This document shows positions 8,658 through 17,642 of a stretch of 64,000 nt of DNA, piece after piece. Source of the DNA: Candidatus Methylomirabilota bacterium (GTDB lineage Bacteria; Methylomirabilota; Methylomirabilia; Rokubacteriales; DASRDR01); the NCBI GenBank assembly GCA_036005065.1, contig DASYQW010000161.1:2898-66897 (forward strand), given 5' to 3'. Positions within the stretch are counted from its first letter, which is position 1. Every line of letters begins with the position of its first letter. The notes beneath the pieces are model-generated. The model was given only the letters and a program-made list of their open reading frames with translations, was not told where the DNA came from and did no database searches. The position numbers and the translations under genes were made by a program.

Positions 8658-11018
8658 ATGATCCGCGAGGACATTCTCCAGAAGTTCCCCGAGCTCTTCG
8701 GGACCAAGACGGTGAACGGCCGAGAAGTCAACGTCGAACAGGCGATTGCCACACTCACCGGAGAGCTCGGTCCCGAGATCGCCGCGGCCCTCACCGCGCG
8801 CCGGGCGCTCCTGCAGTCCCCCGCGCCGGTCCGCGAGAAATATGCCTGGCCCAAGTGGGACGACACGTTCGAGGATCCCGTCACGGGGCGGTTCTGGACG
8901 TTTCGCCAGATCGTCCAGGGCCTGATCGACAACGCTCTCGGTCGGGACAGCGAGTGGCGCTGGCGGCTCAACGACGAGGTGCCCATCCCGCCGGGCGCCC
9001 ACCCGTTGACGAATCCCGGCCTGGAGCTGACCGGGCCGTGGCATCCGCTGGACATGGCCTTCAACGCGTTGAACAGCCCGGCGCCCATGAACATGCCGGA
9101 CTTCGAGGACGCCTCCCCGCCCCATTTTCAGCCCGATGGCACACCCACGAATCAGCCGGTGGGGATCTTCGCAGCCATGCAGAACGCCAAAGAGATTTTC
9201 GAGGGCCGCTGGGCCGGCCGCCCCTACGAGGTGGTGAAGAAAGGCCAAGCGCGCGCGTACACGATCAAAACGTCCCCGGCGCAGTGGCCGACCCGGTTTG
9301 CGCGGCCTCCCGGCATCCACGTGCGGTACGACCACGTTCGGGTCGACGGCCACCCGGTGCCCGGGGTGATTCCCATCACCCTCCTCTGGGCCCTCAACAA
9401 CTATGGGTCTCTCACCCAGGCTGGCACCGGCGTGTATTTCTACATCCCGAAGATCCAGACCCCCCGGGAAGCCCTCGTCGTGGAGAAGCTCCTGGCGCGG
9501 CTGGAAGGCATGATCGGTGTCCAGCCCGGCACCATCAAGATCAAAGTCCTCTACGAGGAGGGGAATGCGGGCCGGTTCTTGCCGGCGATCGCCTGGGTCT
9601 TGCGGCGCCGGCTCCTCGGGACGAACGTCGGCCGCTGGGACTACCTGGCCAGTCTCATCGAGATGTGGAAGGACGACCCGCACGGCGTCTTTCCGGATCC
9701 GCAGTCGATCGGCATGGCCTCCCCGAACATGATCGCGTATCAGCGGTATAACGCGCTGGTGATGCTCATGGCCGGCATGAAGAGCGGCGAGCTCAGCCAC
9801 GGGGCCCCCATCGGCGGGATGGCGGCAGTCATGATCTACCCACCCACCGACCCCTATGGCCGCTCGAAGTACAACCCCCTGGCCCTGCGGGCGATGGTCA
9901 TCGACAAGCTGCGCGAGCGCCTGTTGGGTCTCGTGTTCATGCCCGAGGAGCCGCTGCCCGCCGGTCAGCCCCCCACCCTCGAGGACATCTTGGCCGGCCG
10001 AGTGAAGGGTCGGCTGTATGATGCCTATCGGCAGAGCTGGGTCGCCAGCCCGGAACCGACTTACGTCGCCGCTGGCAATGCCCCGTTGCGGGCTCCCGTG
10101 GCGGAGCTCCAGGGGATCCTCGATGCGTCGCCAGAGACGGTGGACGTGAAAGGCCACCCGGTGCCGACGGTGGCCAGTGGGCTGGTTGACGCGGAGCGGC
10201 TCCTGCTGCAGTCCCGCGGCTTGTTGAACCCGAAGGGCGCGATCACGCCCTGGGTCATCACCAAGGACATGTTCAGCACGCCGGAGAACCTCTTCACGCC
10301 AGAACTGTGGGACAGCATCTACGGGGTGCCGAAGGGTGAGATCACCATCGAGCACATTCAACACGCGTTCTACATGGCGGCGAACTATGGCTTCCAGATT
10401 CTCAATGGGAACTTCGCGGCCGCCATCGACGACTACGAGCTGTTCCTGCGGTTCATGAATGACCTCGCCACTTACCGGATCGATGTGTCCTGGCTGTGGA
10501 GCCTCGTGCATCACGAGGCCGCCATCACCAAGGCCGGCTCCCTCAAACGGCCCGCGCTGACCGAGGATGGGGTCGTGCCGGCGGTGAACGCTTTCCAGGT
10601 CAAGGCCGGGACCCGCTTCACCAAGGAGCTGTTCGAGAAGCTGTGGGACTACCACAACGAATGGACGGCGGCATTCTTCGCCGAGCTGGACCACCGCGGC
10701 GATCCCGGCCGCTTCGACCGCGCCAAGGCGCCCCTCATCATGGAGCTCTTGAAGCGGCAGCTCTCGTCGCCCCGCTACATCCAGCACAGCGCCCGCGTGC
10801 TCTTCGTCGTGGGGCAGGCGAACGAGCCGGAGCGCGCGCAGATCCTCGAGGCGATCTTCGACCTCTCCCGCGAGGAGATCGTCAAGCGCATTCACGCCGG
10901 CACCCTGAACACGATCGCGCTGGGCGCTCACGACTATATCTATGACATCTTTCCGGGCATCGAAGGAGACGAGCGCCCGGCGGTGAGATCAGAGACCTTG
11001 GCCTCCGCCAGAACGTGA
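8658..11018 (+). CDS. Malate synthase family protein, divergent (786 aa)
   Basis: Contains LLGTNVGRWDYLASL, matching the malate synthase LNCGRWDY(I/L)FS core motif. GAGGAGG RBS before the ATG. Longer than MSA (~530 aa) and MSG (~720 aa) and otherwise poorly alignable by eye. Confidence 0.55.
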   Translation: MIREDILQKFPELFGTKTVNGREVNVEQAIATLTGELGPEIAAALTARRALLQSPAPVREKYAWPKWDDTFEDPVTGRFWTFRQIVQGLIDNALGRDSEWRWRLNDEVPIPPGAHPLTNPGLELTGPWHPLDMAFNALNSPAPMNMPDFEDASPPHFQPDGTPTNQPVGIFAAMQNAKEIFEGRWAGRPYEVVKKGQARAYTIKTSPAQWPTRFARPPGIHVRYDHVRVDGHPVPGVIPITLLWALNNYGSLTQAGTGVYFYIPKIQTPREALVVEKLLARLEGMIGVQPGTIKIKVLYEEGNAGRFLPAIAWVLRRRLLGTNVGRWDYLASLIEMWKDDPHGVFPDPQSIGMASPNMIAYQRYNALVMLMAGMKSGELSHGAPIGGMAAVMIYPPTDPYGRSKYNPLALRAMVIDKLRERLLGLVFMPEEPLPAGQPPTLEDILAGRVKGRLYDAYRQSWVASPEPTYVAAGNAPLRAPVAELQGILDASPETVDVKGHPVPTVASGLVDAERLLLQSRGLLNPKGAITPWVITKDMFSTPENLFTPELWDSIYGVPKGEITIEHIQHAFYMAANYGFQILNGNFAAAIDDYELFLRFMNDLATYRIDVSWLWSLVHHEAAITKAGSLKRPALTEDGVVPAVNAFQVKAGTRFTKELFEKLWDYHNEWTAAFFAELDHRGDPGRFDRAKAPLIMELLKRQLSSPRYIQHSARVLFVVGQANEPERAQILEAIFDLSREEIVKRIHAGTLNTIALGAHDYIYDIFPGIEGDERPAVRSETLASART

Positions 11019-11134
11019 GGTGGGCATCCCGTCGTCGTCAAGCCCGCGCACCCCCGGGCAACCCCGACGCGCCCCCGCGCTCTGGACATGGCAGGGCTAT
11101 CTGGCCGGGCGTATGCTGGGAGGGGAAGTCTCTT

Positions 11135-12106
11135 ATGCGGGCGCCCAAGCTCAGCGACGACCAGCTTCAGGAGATGTATCACGCCCTCCGCCTTTCCCGG
11201 GCCTTCGAGGAGCGGCTCTCCCTGCTCCACCGGCAGGGGAAGATCCTGGGGGGCATCTACTCGGGGATCGGCCAGGAAGCGATCACCGTCGGCAGCGCCT
11301 ACGGGCTGCGCCGCGAGGACTTCATCAGCCCGCTTCACCGCGACCTGGGCGCCTTGCTCGTCAAAGGGGTGCCGCCGGGCGTCCTCATGGCCCAGGTCTT
11401 CGGCAAGCGCGACGGGCTCTCGCGCGGCAAGGACTCCTACCTCCACTCGGGTGATACCTCGCTCGGCGTCTATGGCAACACGTCGATGCTCGGCTCGAAT
11501 CTGCCGGTGGCGTGCGGCCTCGCCTATGGTTTCAAGCTGCGCAGCCAGGACCACGTCGTGGTCGCCTACTTCGGCGAGGGCGCCGCGAACTACGGCGACG
11601 TGCACGAGGCGATGAACTTCGCCGCCATCCAGCGGCTCGGGATCGTCTTCGTCTGCGAGAACAACCTCTACGCCTACTCCACGCCGTTCGAGAAGGCTTT
11701 CGCCATCCCCGAGGTCTCGGTGCGCGCTCAGGCGTACGGCTTCCCGGGCGTCGACGTGTATGGCAACGACCTCCTCCGCGTCTACGCCGCCACCCAGCGG
11801 GCCATCGCGCGGGCGCGGGCCGGCGAGGGCCCGACCCTGATCGAGTGCAAGACCTTTCGGTGGCACGGCCACTCCGAGCACGACAAGGCGTCGTACCGGA
11901 CCGAGGAGGAGCTCCTGGAGTGGAAGGCCCGCGACCCGATCCCCCAGTTCGAGCGCTATCTCACCGAGAAGCGGCTCCTGAACGACGCGAGCCGGGATGA
12001 GATGACGGCCCGCGTGGAGCGCGAGATCGACGAGGCCGTCGCGTTCGCCGAGTCGAGCCCCTGGCCCGAGGGGCCGGAGGCACTCGAGGACATCTATGCC
12101 CCCTGA
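11135..12106 (+). CDS. 2-oxoacid dehydrogenase E1 component alpha subunit (TPP-dependent; PDH/BCKDH/acetoin type)
   Basis: YRxxxEERLSLLHRQGKI…GIGQEA…GEGAANYGDVHEAMNFAA are typical heterotetrameric E1-alpha motifs. ATG 11135 with a GGGAGGGG RBS. Confidence 0.85.
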   Translation: MRAPKLSDDQLQEMYHALRLSRAFEERLSLLHRQGKILGGIYSGIGQEAITVGSAYGLRREDFISPLHRDLGALLVKGVPPGVLMAQVFGKRDGLSRGKDSYLHSGDTSLGVYGNTSMLGSNLPVACGLAYGFKLRSQDHVVVAYFGEGAANYGDVHEAMNFAAIQRLGIVFVCENNLYAYSTPFEKAFAIPEVSVRAQAYGFPGVDVYGNDLLRVYAATQRAIARARAGEGPTLIECKTFRWHGHSEHDKASYRTEEELLEWKARDPIPQFERYLTEKRLLNDASRDEMTARVEREIDEAVAFAESSPWPEGPEALEDIYAP

Positions 12107-13106
12107 GGCCGGCCGCTCTACCGACGAGGTGACCTATCTCGAGGCCATCCGCCAGGCCCTGTGGGAGGAGATGGAGCGGGACGAGGCGGTCTTCTGCCTC
12201 GGCGAAGACATCGGCGCCTACGGCGGCGCCTTCCAGATCACCAAGGGCTTCGTGGAGCGGTTCGGCGAGGCCCGCACCCTCGATACGCCCATCTCCGAGT
12301 CGTGCATCGTCGGGGTGGCGACCGGGGCCGCCCTGATCGGCTTCCGGCCCGTCGCCGAGATGCAGTTCGGCGACTTCATCGCGTGCGGGTTCGACCAGGT
12401 GGTCAACCAGGCGGCCACGCTGCGCTACCGCTACGGCGGCCGGCAGACGGTGCCGATCGTCATCCGCTGCCCGTGCGGGGCCGGCGTCCACGGCGGGCTC
12501 TACCACTCGCAGCAGCCAGAGGCCTGGTTCGTCCACCGTCCGGGGCTCAAGGTCGTCGCGCCGGCGACGCCCTACGACGCCAAGGGTCTCCTCAAGGCGG
12601 CGATCCGCGACGACAACCCGGTCCTCTACTTCGAGCACAAGGGGCTCTACCGACGGATCAAGGGCCCCGTCGGCGACGCCGAGACCGTGGTGCCCCTCGG
12701 CGTCGCCGACATCAAGCGCCCCGGCGACGCCCTCACCGTGGTGACCTACGGCGCGATGGTGCACCCGTGCCTCGAGGCGGCGGCCCGGCTGGCCGACGCC
12801 GAGAGCGTGGAGGCCGAGGTCCTCGATCTCCGGACGCTGGCCCCGCTCGACCGGGAGGCCATCCTGACGTCGGTCCGCAAGACCTCCAAGGTCGCCATCG
12901 TCCACGAGGCGTCGCGGACGTGCGGCGTCGGGGCCGAGGTCGCGGCGTTCGTCGCCGAGGAGGCGTTCGAGGACCTCGATGGGCCGATCGTGCGCGTCAC
13001 GACGCCCGACGTCCACCTGGCGCCCTTCAGCCCGCCGCTCGAGGAGTACGTCCTGCCCAACACGGAGAAGATCTTCGCCGCCCTGCGGAAGCTGGCGGCG
13101 TATTGA
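12096..13106 (+). CDS. 2-oxoacid dehydrogenase E1 component beta subunit
   Basis: Transketolase-like E1-beta (TYLEAIRQALWEEMERDEAVFCLGEDIG…). ATG overlaps the E1-alpha stop. Confidence 0.85.
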   Translation: MPPEAGRSTDEVTYLEAIRQALWEEMERDEAVFCLGEDIGAYGGAFQITKGFVERFGEARTLDTPISESCIVGVATGAALIGFRPVAEMQFGDFIACGFDQVVNQAATLRYRYGGRQTVPIVIRCPCGAGVHGGLYHSQQPEAWFVHRPGLKVVAPATPYDAKGLLKAAIRDDNPVLYFEHKGLYRRIKGPVGDAETVVPLGVADIKRPGDALTVVTYGAMVHPCLEAAARLADAESVEAEVLDLRTLAPLDREAILTSVRKTSKVAIVHEASRTCGVGAEVAAFVAEEAFEDLDGPIVRVTTPDVHLAPFSPPLEEYVLPNTEKIFAALRKLAAY

Positions 13107-13232
13107 GAGCCGTGGAGGAGCCGATGCGGGACGTGGCCGTGCGAGGACGACGGGAAGCAGCGGGCGGCTGGTGGGGGGGGTTGGGGGGAAGCGGCAGCAG
13201 GCGCTCCCGCCCCAAGCTGAACTGAGGCCGCA

Positions 13233-14654
13233 GTGGCCACGACCGTCCTCATGCCGCACATGGGCGAGTCCATCGTGGAGGGCAAGGTGCTCCGGTGGGT
13301 CCGCCGCGAAGGCCAGGCCGTGCAGAAGAACGAGACCATCGCGGAAGTCGAGACGGACAAGGCCGACGTCGAGATCCCGGCGCCCACCGACGGCGTGCTG
13401 GCCAAGATCCTCGTGCCCGAGGGCGCGACCGCCGCGGTCGGCGCCGAGCTGGCGGTGATCGAGCCGGCGGGCGCGGCGGAGGTCCGAACGGCCGAGCCGC
13501 CGCGGCCGGCGCCGGCCGCCCGGCGGCCCGCCGCGCCCGAGGCCGCTGAGCCCGAGGCCGCTGAGCCCGCGGCCGCCGCCCCCGCCCGCCCGGCCGCGCC
13601 CGCGCCGCGACCCGTCCCGGCCCGGCCGGCCGAGGCCGCGCGACCACCGCACGCGACGCCGGACGAGGGCGAGCCGGCCCCGACCGGGCGGCGGGTGATC
13701 AGCCCGGTCGTGGCCAAGCTCATGGAGCAGCACGAGCTGACGCTGGCCGACCTGGAGCGGGTCGAGGGCAGCGGGCTCGGGGGGCGCGTGACGAAGCAGG
13801 ACCTGCTGGCCCATCTCGAACGCCGCCAGGCGCGTGCCGCCGCGCCCGAGCGGCCGCCGCCGGACAGCCGCGCCCGTGTCGGGCCCGAGCCGCGACCAGC
13901 GCCGGCGGGGCCGGCCCGGCCGGCCCCGGCGGAAGCCCGGCCGTCGGGCGCGACCGAGGACGAGCCGGTCGAGGTCGTCCCGCTGGAGGGCCTTCGCAAG
14001 GCGATCGCCGAGCACATGGTCGCCTCGGTGCGCACGGCGCCGCACGTCACCACGGTGGCCGAGGTCGACGTGACCGAGCTGGTCCGCTTCCGCGCGTATT
14101 ACAAGGCCCGCTTCGAGAGCGAGGTGGGGGCCCCGCTCACCTATCTGCCGTTCATCGTGCGGGCGCTGCTGGCCGGGCTCCGGGCCTTTCCCATGCTCAA
14201 CAGCTCGCTGGAGGGCGAGCGCATCCTGGTCCGCCGCTACTACCACATCGGCGTGGCGGTGGCCGCCCCGGAAGGGCTCCTGGTCCCGGTCCTCCGGCAC
14301 GCCGACCGACTCTCGGTGCGGGAGCTGGCGCGGGCGATCCACGACCTCGTGGAGCGGGCCCGGGTGCGGAGGCTCCGACCCGAGGAGCTGGGCGGGGGGA
14401 CGTTCAGCGTGACCAACCCGGGGGTCTTCGGCGGGGTCCTCTCGACCCCGATCATCCACCAGCCTCAGGCAGCCATCCTGGGCGTCCAGGCGATCCGCAC
14501 GCAGCCGGCCGTCCGCGACGGCCAGATCGTGCCGCGGGAGCTCATGTACCTCTGTCTCTCCTACGACCACCGCATCGTGGACGGCGCCACGGCCGTCCAG
14601 TTCCTTCAGCATCTCCGAGCCGATCTCGAGCATCCGCTGGCGCTCTTGATCTGA
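13233..14654 (+). CDS. Dihydrolipoamide acyltransferase E2 component
   Basis: Lipoyl domain (EGKVLRWVRREGQAVQKNETIAEVETDKADVEIPAP), Ala/Pro linker, E1/E3-binding domain, and a catalytic domain with DHRIVDGA. GTG start at 13233 (alternative ATG at 13251). Confidence 0.85.
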   Translation: MATTVLMPHMGESIVEGKVLRWVRREGQAVQKNETIAEVETDKADVEIPAPTDGVLAKILVPEGATAAVGAELAVIEPAGAAEVRTAEPPRPAPAARRPAAPEAAEPEAAEPAAAAPARPAAPAPRPVPARPAEAARPPHATPDEGEPAPTGRRVISPVVAKLMEQHELTLADLERVEGSGLGGRVTKQDLLAHLERRQARAAAPERPPPDSRARVGPEPRPAPAGPARPAPAEARPSGATEDEPVEVVPLEGLRKAIAEHMVASVRTAPHVTTVAEVDVTELVRFRAYYKARFESEVGAPLTYLPFIVRALLAGLRAFPMLNSSLEGERILVRRYYHIGVAVAAPEGLLVPVLRHADRLSVRELARAIHDLVERARVRRLRPEELGGGTFSVTNPGVFGGVLSTPIIHQPQAAILGVQAIRTQPAVRDGQIVPRELMYLCLSYDHRIVDGATAVQFLQHLRADLEHPLALLI

Positions 14655-14718
14655 CCGGCGACGGTCCCGGCCGGGCGGGGGATTTCCGGCCCCACCGGAC
14701 TTGTGCTAAAGAGGGGCT

Positions 14719-16275
14719 GTGCCGTGGCTGGTGGTGCACGAAGAGGGCGAAGCCCCGCGGGTCCTGGAGATCGTGCGGCCGCCGTTTCGGATCGGCCGCC
14801 GGGCGGGCAACGACCTGATCCTGGCTGACGCGGGGGTCTCCCGCGCGCACAGTCTGATCGACCGCTATGGCCAGGGCTGGCACCTCGTCGACCTCGGCGG
14901 GGCGAACGGCACCTACCTGAACGGCCGGCGGCTCGCCACGAACCAGACCGAGCGGCTCCACCCGGGGGACGAAATCGGGGTGGGCGGGGTCAGCATCCAC
15001 TTCTTCGAGAAGCCGCCGGACACCGCCCTGGTCGCTCCGCCGCCGTCCGACGAGACCACCGACCGGACGCGGGTCACGCTCTCGCGCGCCCCCGACTTCG
15101 TCCGGTCACTCGACCAGGTCGCGCTCCCGCGGAGCGTCGAGTACTTCACGGTCCTCCACGAGCTGGCCAAGCTCCTGCTGGCCGCCCGCGAGCTGCGGGA
15201 GATCGGTCAGACGGCCCTGGACCTGCTCTTCCGCGTGTTGCCGGTCGAGCGCGCAGCGATCGCGCTCTCCACTCCGGATGGTTCGCTGGCCACCCTGGTG
15301 GAGCGCACGCAAAAGGGCAACGCCCAGGTGGCGATCAGCCACACGATCAGCAGCTGGGTTCTGCGGGAGCGGGTCGCCGTCATCACGTCCGACGCCCGCC
15401 ACGATCCCCGGTTCCAGCGGGGCGAGAGCATCCACGTGTACAACGTCCGCTCCGCGATGTGCGTGCCGCTCTGGTCGGCCACGGATACCCTGGGGGTGCT
15501 CTACCTGGACAACCTCTTCGACGCCCACGCTTTCACCGAGGAGGAGCTCGAGCTGGTGACCGCGGTCGCCAACCAGGTGGCGATCGGCATGCGCCAGATC
15601 CGTCTCGTCGAGCAGATCCGCGACGAGGCGATCATCCGCGCGAACCTCTCCGGCTACCATTCCCCCGACGTGGTCGAGATGATCCTGCGGCACTCCCGCC
15701 AGGGCCGGAGCCTGGGGATCGAGGTCACCGAAGAGGTCGTGACCGTCCTCTTCGGCGACATCTGCGGCTTCACTCCGCTGTCCGAGCGGCTCTCGGCCGC
15801 CGAGCTGGCGGCCCTCCTCAACGTGTTCTTCGACCGGATGACGCGGGCGATTTTCGACTTCAAGGGCTCCGTCAACAAGTACATCGGCGACGCCATCATG
15901 GCGATCTTCGGGGCCCCGCTCCCGATGGGGAACCACGCCGAGCAGGCCGTGGGGGCGGCCCTCCGCATGCAGGCGGAGGCCCGGGCCGTCCAGGAGACGC
16001 TCCCGGCCGACCGTCGCTTCCAGGTGCGGATCGGCGTCAATACCGGCCGGGTGGTCGTCGGCAACATCGGCTCGCCCCAGCGCATGGAGTTCACGGTGCT
16101 GGGCGACACCGTGAACGTGGCCCAGCGGCTCGAGTCCATCTGCGAGCCCGGCCGGGTGTTCGTCGGCGAGGAAACCTACCTCGAGACGCGCGAGCTCTTC
16201 CGCTATCGGGGCCTCGGGGAGGTGGCGCTCAAGGGCAAGCAGCAGCACACGCGCGCCTACGAAGTCCTCGCCTGA
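14719..16275 (+). CDS. FHA–GAF–class III adenylate/guanylate cyclase
   Basis: N-terminal FHA (FRIGRRAGNDLILADAGVSRAHSLI…GTYLNGRRL), a central GAF-like region, and a C-terminal CHD cyclase domain (VTVLFGDICGFTPLSE…KYIGDAIMAIFGAP…RIGVNTGRVVVGNIGS). GTG start with an AGAGGGG RBS. Confidence 0.8.
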   Translation: MPWLVVHEEGEAPRVLEIVRPPFRIGRRAGNDLILADAGVSRAHSLIDRYGQGWHLVDLGGANGTYLNGRRLATNQTERLHPGDEIGVGGVSIHFFEKPPDTALVAPPPSDETTDRTRVTLSRAPDFVRSLDQVALPRSVEYFTVLHELAKLLLAARELREIGQTALDLLFRVLPVERAAIALSTPDGSLATLVERTQKGNAQVAISHTISSWVLRERVAVITSDARHDPRFQRGESIHVYNVRSAMCVPLWSATDTLGVLYLDNLFDAHAFTEEELELVTAVANQVAIGMRQIRLVEQIRDEAIIRANLSGYHSPDVVEMILRHSRQGRSLGIEVTEEVVTVLFGDICGFTPLSERLSAAELAALLNVFFDRMTRAIFDFKGSVNKYIGDAIMAIFGAPLPMGNHAEQAVGAALRMQAEARAVQETLPADRRFQVRIGVNTGRVVVGNIGSPQRMEFTVLGDTVNVAQRLESICEPGRVFVGEETYLETRELFRYRGLGEVALKGKQQHTRAYEVLA

Positions 16276-16317
16276 CCCGGGGCGCCTCGCCCGCAGGCCG
16301 GGGAGGGTCCCTCCGCG

Positions 16318-17115
16318 TCACCCGAGGAGCGCCGGCAGCGGCGGAAAGGTCGCCCCGGGATGCGCGGCGACGCGCCCGAGCCACTCCGCCAGGAACTCCC
16401 AGAACGCCTCGTCCATGTCGCGGTGGTGCGTGAGGAGGCCGGTCGCCTCGTTGGCGTCCGCGCGGCCCCTCCGCCGATCGGCGAGGTGCGCCCGGAGGCC
16501 GTCCAGCGTCGCCGCGGCGCCGGCGAAGCGCTTGGCCTCGCGCCAGACGATGGGATCCGCGTGGCAGTTGAGCCTTCGGAGTTCCGGCGCGGGGTCGCCG
16601 GGGTGGCGCCGCCCGAAGGCCGAGAGCGCGCGGCAGCCGGCGCGGGAGAGTCCCTGGAGGACCGCGGGGGCGATGCGGTTCCACGGCGGCACGAAGACGG
16701 GCAGCCATCGGGCTCCGAAGGCCGCCGCGAGGTCGGCGCGCCCGGCGGTCACCTCGGCGAGGACGACCTCGGGAGGCCGGGCCGCCCCGCATTCGGCCGG
16801 GCGCACTTTGCGCTCGCCCGGCGGCGCGACGGTCTCGTGGTTCGCGTGCGCCCAGCCGTGCTGGAGGACGGCGACCGAGCCCGGCGCACCCCGGATCGCC
16901 GCGGCGACCTCGGGGATGAGCCACGCCGGCACGACGGCGAGCCCGAGCGGTATCCCGGTGCGCCCCGCCAGGGCCAGCAGCCGATCGAAGCCCGGATGGG
17001 GACGGCCGGCATCGTCGTCGCGCCACCAGAGGCTGGCCTCTCGTCCGTCCCGGTGCCAGGCGTCGAGCTCGGCCGCCAGCCTCTGCCAGGCGCCGTCGTC
17101 CCAGGCCGCACTCAT
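16318..17115 (-). CDS. Polysaccharide deacetylase (NodB/CE4 family)
   Basis: WWRDDDA … QHGWAHANH motifs. ATG overlaps the upstream gene stop (ATGA). Confidence 0.7.
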   Translation of the reverse strand: MSAAWDDGAWQRLAAELDAWHRDGREASLWWRDDDAGRPHPGFDRLLALAGRTGIPLGLAVVPAWLIPEVAAAIRGAPGSVAVLQHGWAHANHETVAPPGERKVRPAECGAARPPEVVLAEVTAGRADLAAAFGARWLPVFVPPWNRIAPAVLQGLSRAGCRALSAFGRRHPGDPAPELRRLNCHADPIVWREAKRFAGAAATLDGLRAHLADRRRGRADANEATGLLTHHRDMDEAFWEFLAEWLGRVAAHPGATFPPLPALLG

Positions 17116-17642
17116 CCGGGAGTATCGCCGGACGGGCTGACCTGGCGGCGGTACACGTAGTAGCGGTCGGCGTGCTCGACGGCGCCGGTGGTGTCGACCC
17201 GCAAGAGCCGCCAGCCTCGCTCGAGCGACAGATCCTGATCGCTGAGCACGACGGCGCCCGGCGTGAGCCAGGGGTGAATGTGTGCCAGCACGAATTCAGG
17301 CAGCCGCTCGTCCTCCGAATCGCCGCGGCCGACGTCCAGATGAGCCAGGATGACGCGGCCGGTGAAGCGGCAGTGGAGGGCGGTATCGGCGAGCACCGCG
17401 TCGAACTCGCCGAGGTAGAGGTGATCGGCGGGCGGTCGGGAGCGCGGGTGACAGACATCGCGCCGGTCGAAGCAGAACACCTCCCGTCCCGGGAAGCGCT
17501 CCCGGAGATGGGAGTAAGAGCGCCCGGTGCCGAGGCCGAACTCGACGAGGACGCCGTCGGCCCCGGTCAGCCAGCTCGCGGCGAGGTTGATGCTGTCCCG
17601 CTTCGCGATCGACTGGCGGATATGGGAATCCAGGCGACTCAT
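17112..17642 (-). CDS. Class I SAM-dependent methyltransferase (small)
   Basis: Gly-rich SAM motif VLVEFGLGTGRS. 4-bp overlaps on both sides. Confidence 0.5.
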   Translation of the reverse strand: MSRLDSHIRQSIAKRDSINLAASWLTGADGVLVEFGLGTGRSYSHLRERFPGREVFCFDRRDVCHPRSRPPADHLYLGEFDAVLADTALHCRFTGRVILAHLDVGRGDSEDERLPEFVLAHIHPWLTPGAVVLSDQDLSLERGWRLLRVDTTGAVEHADRYYVYRRQVSPSGDTPG

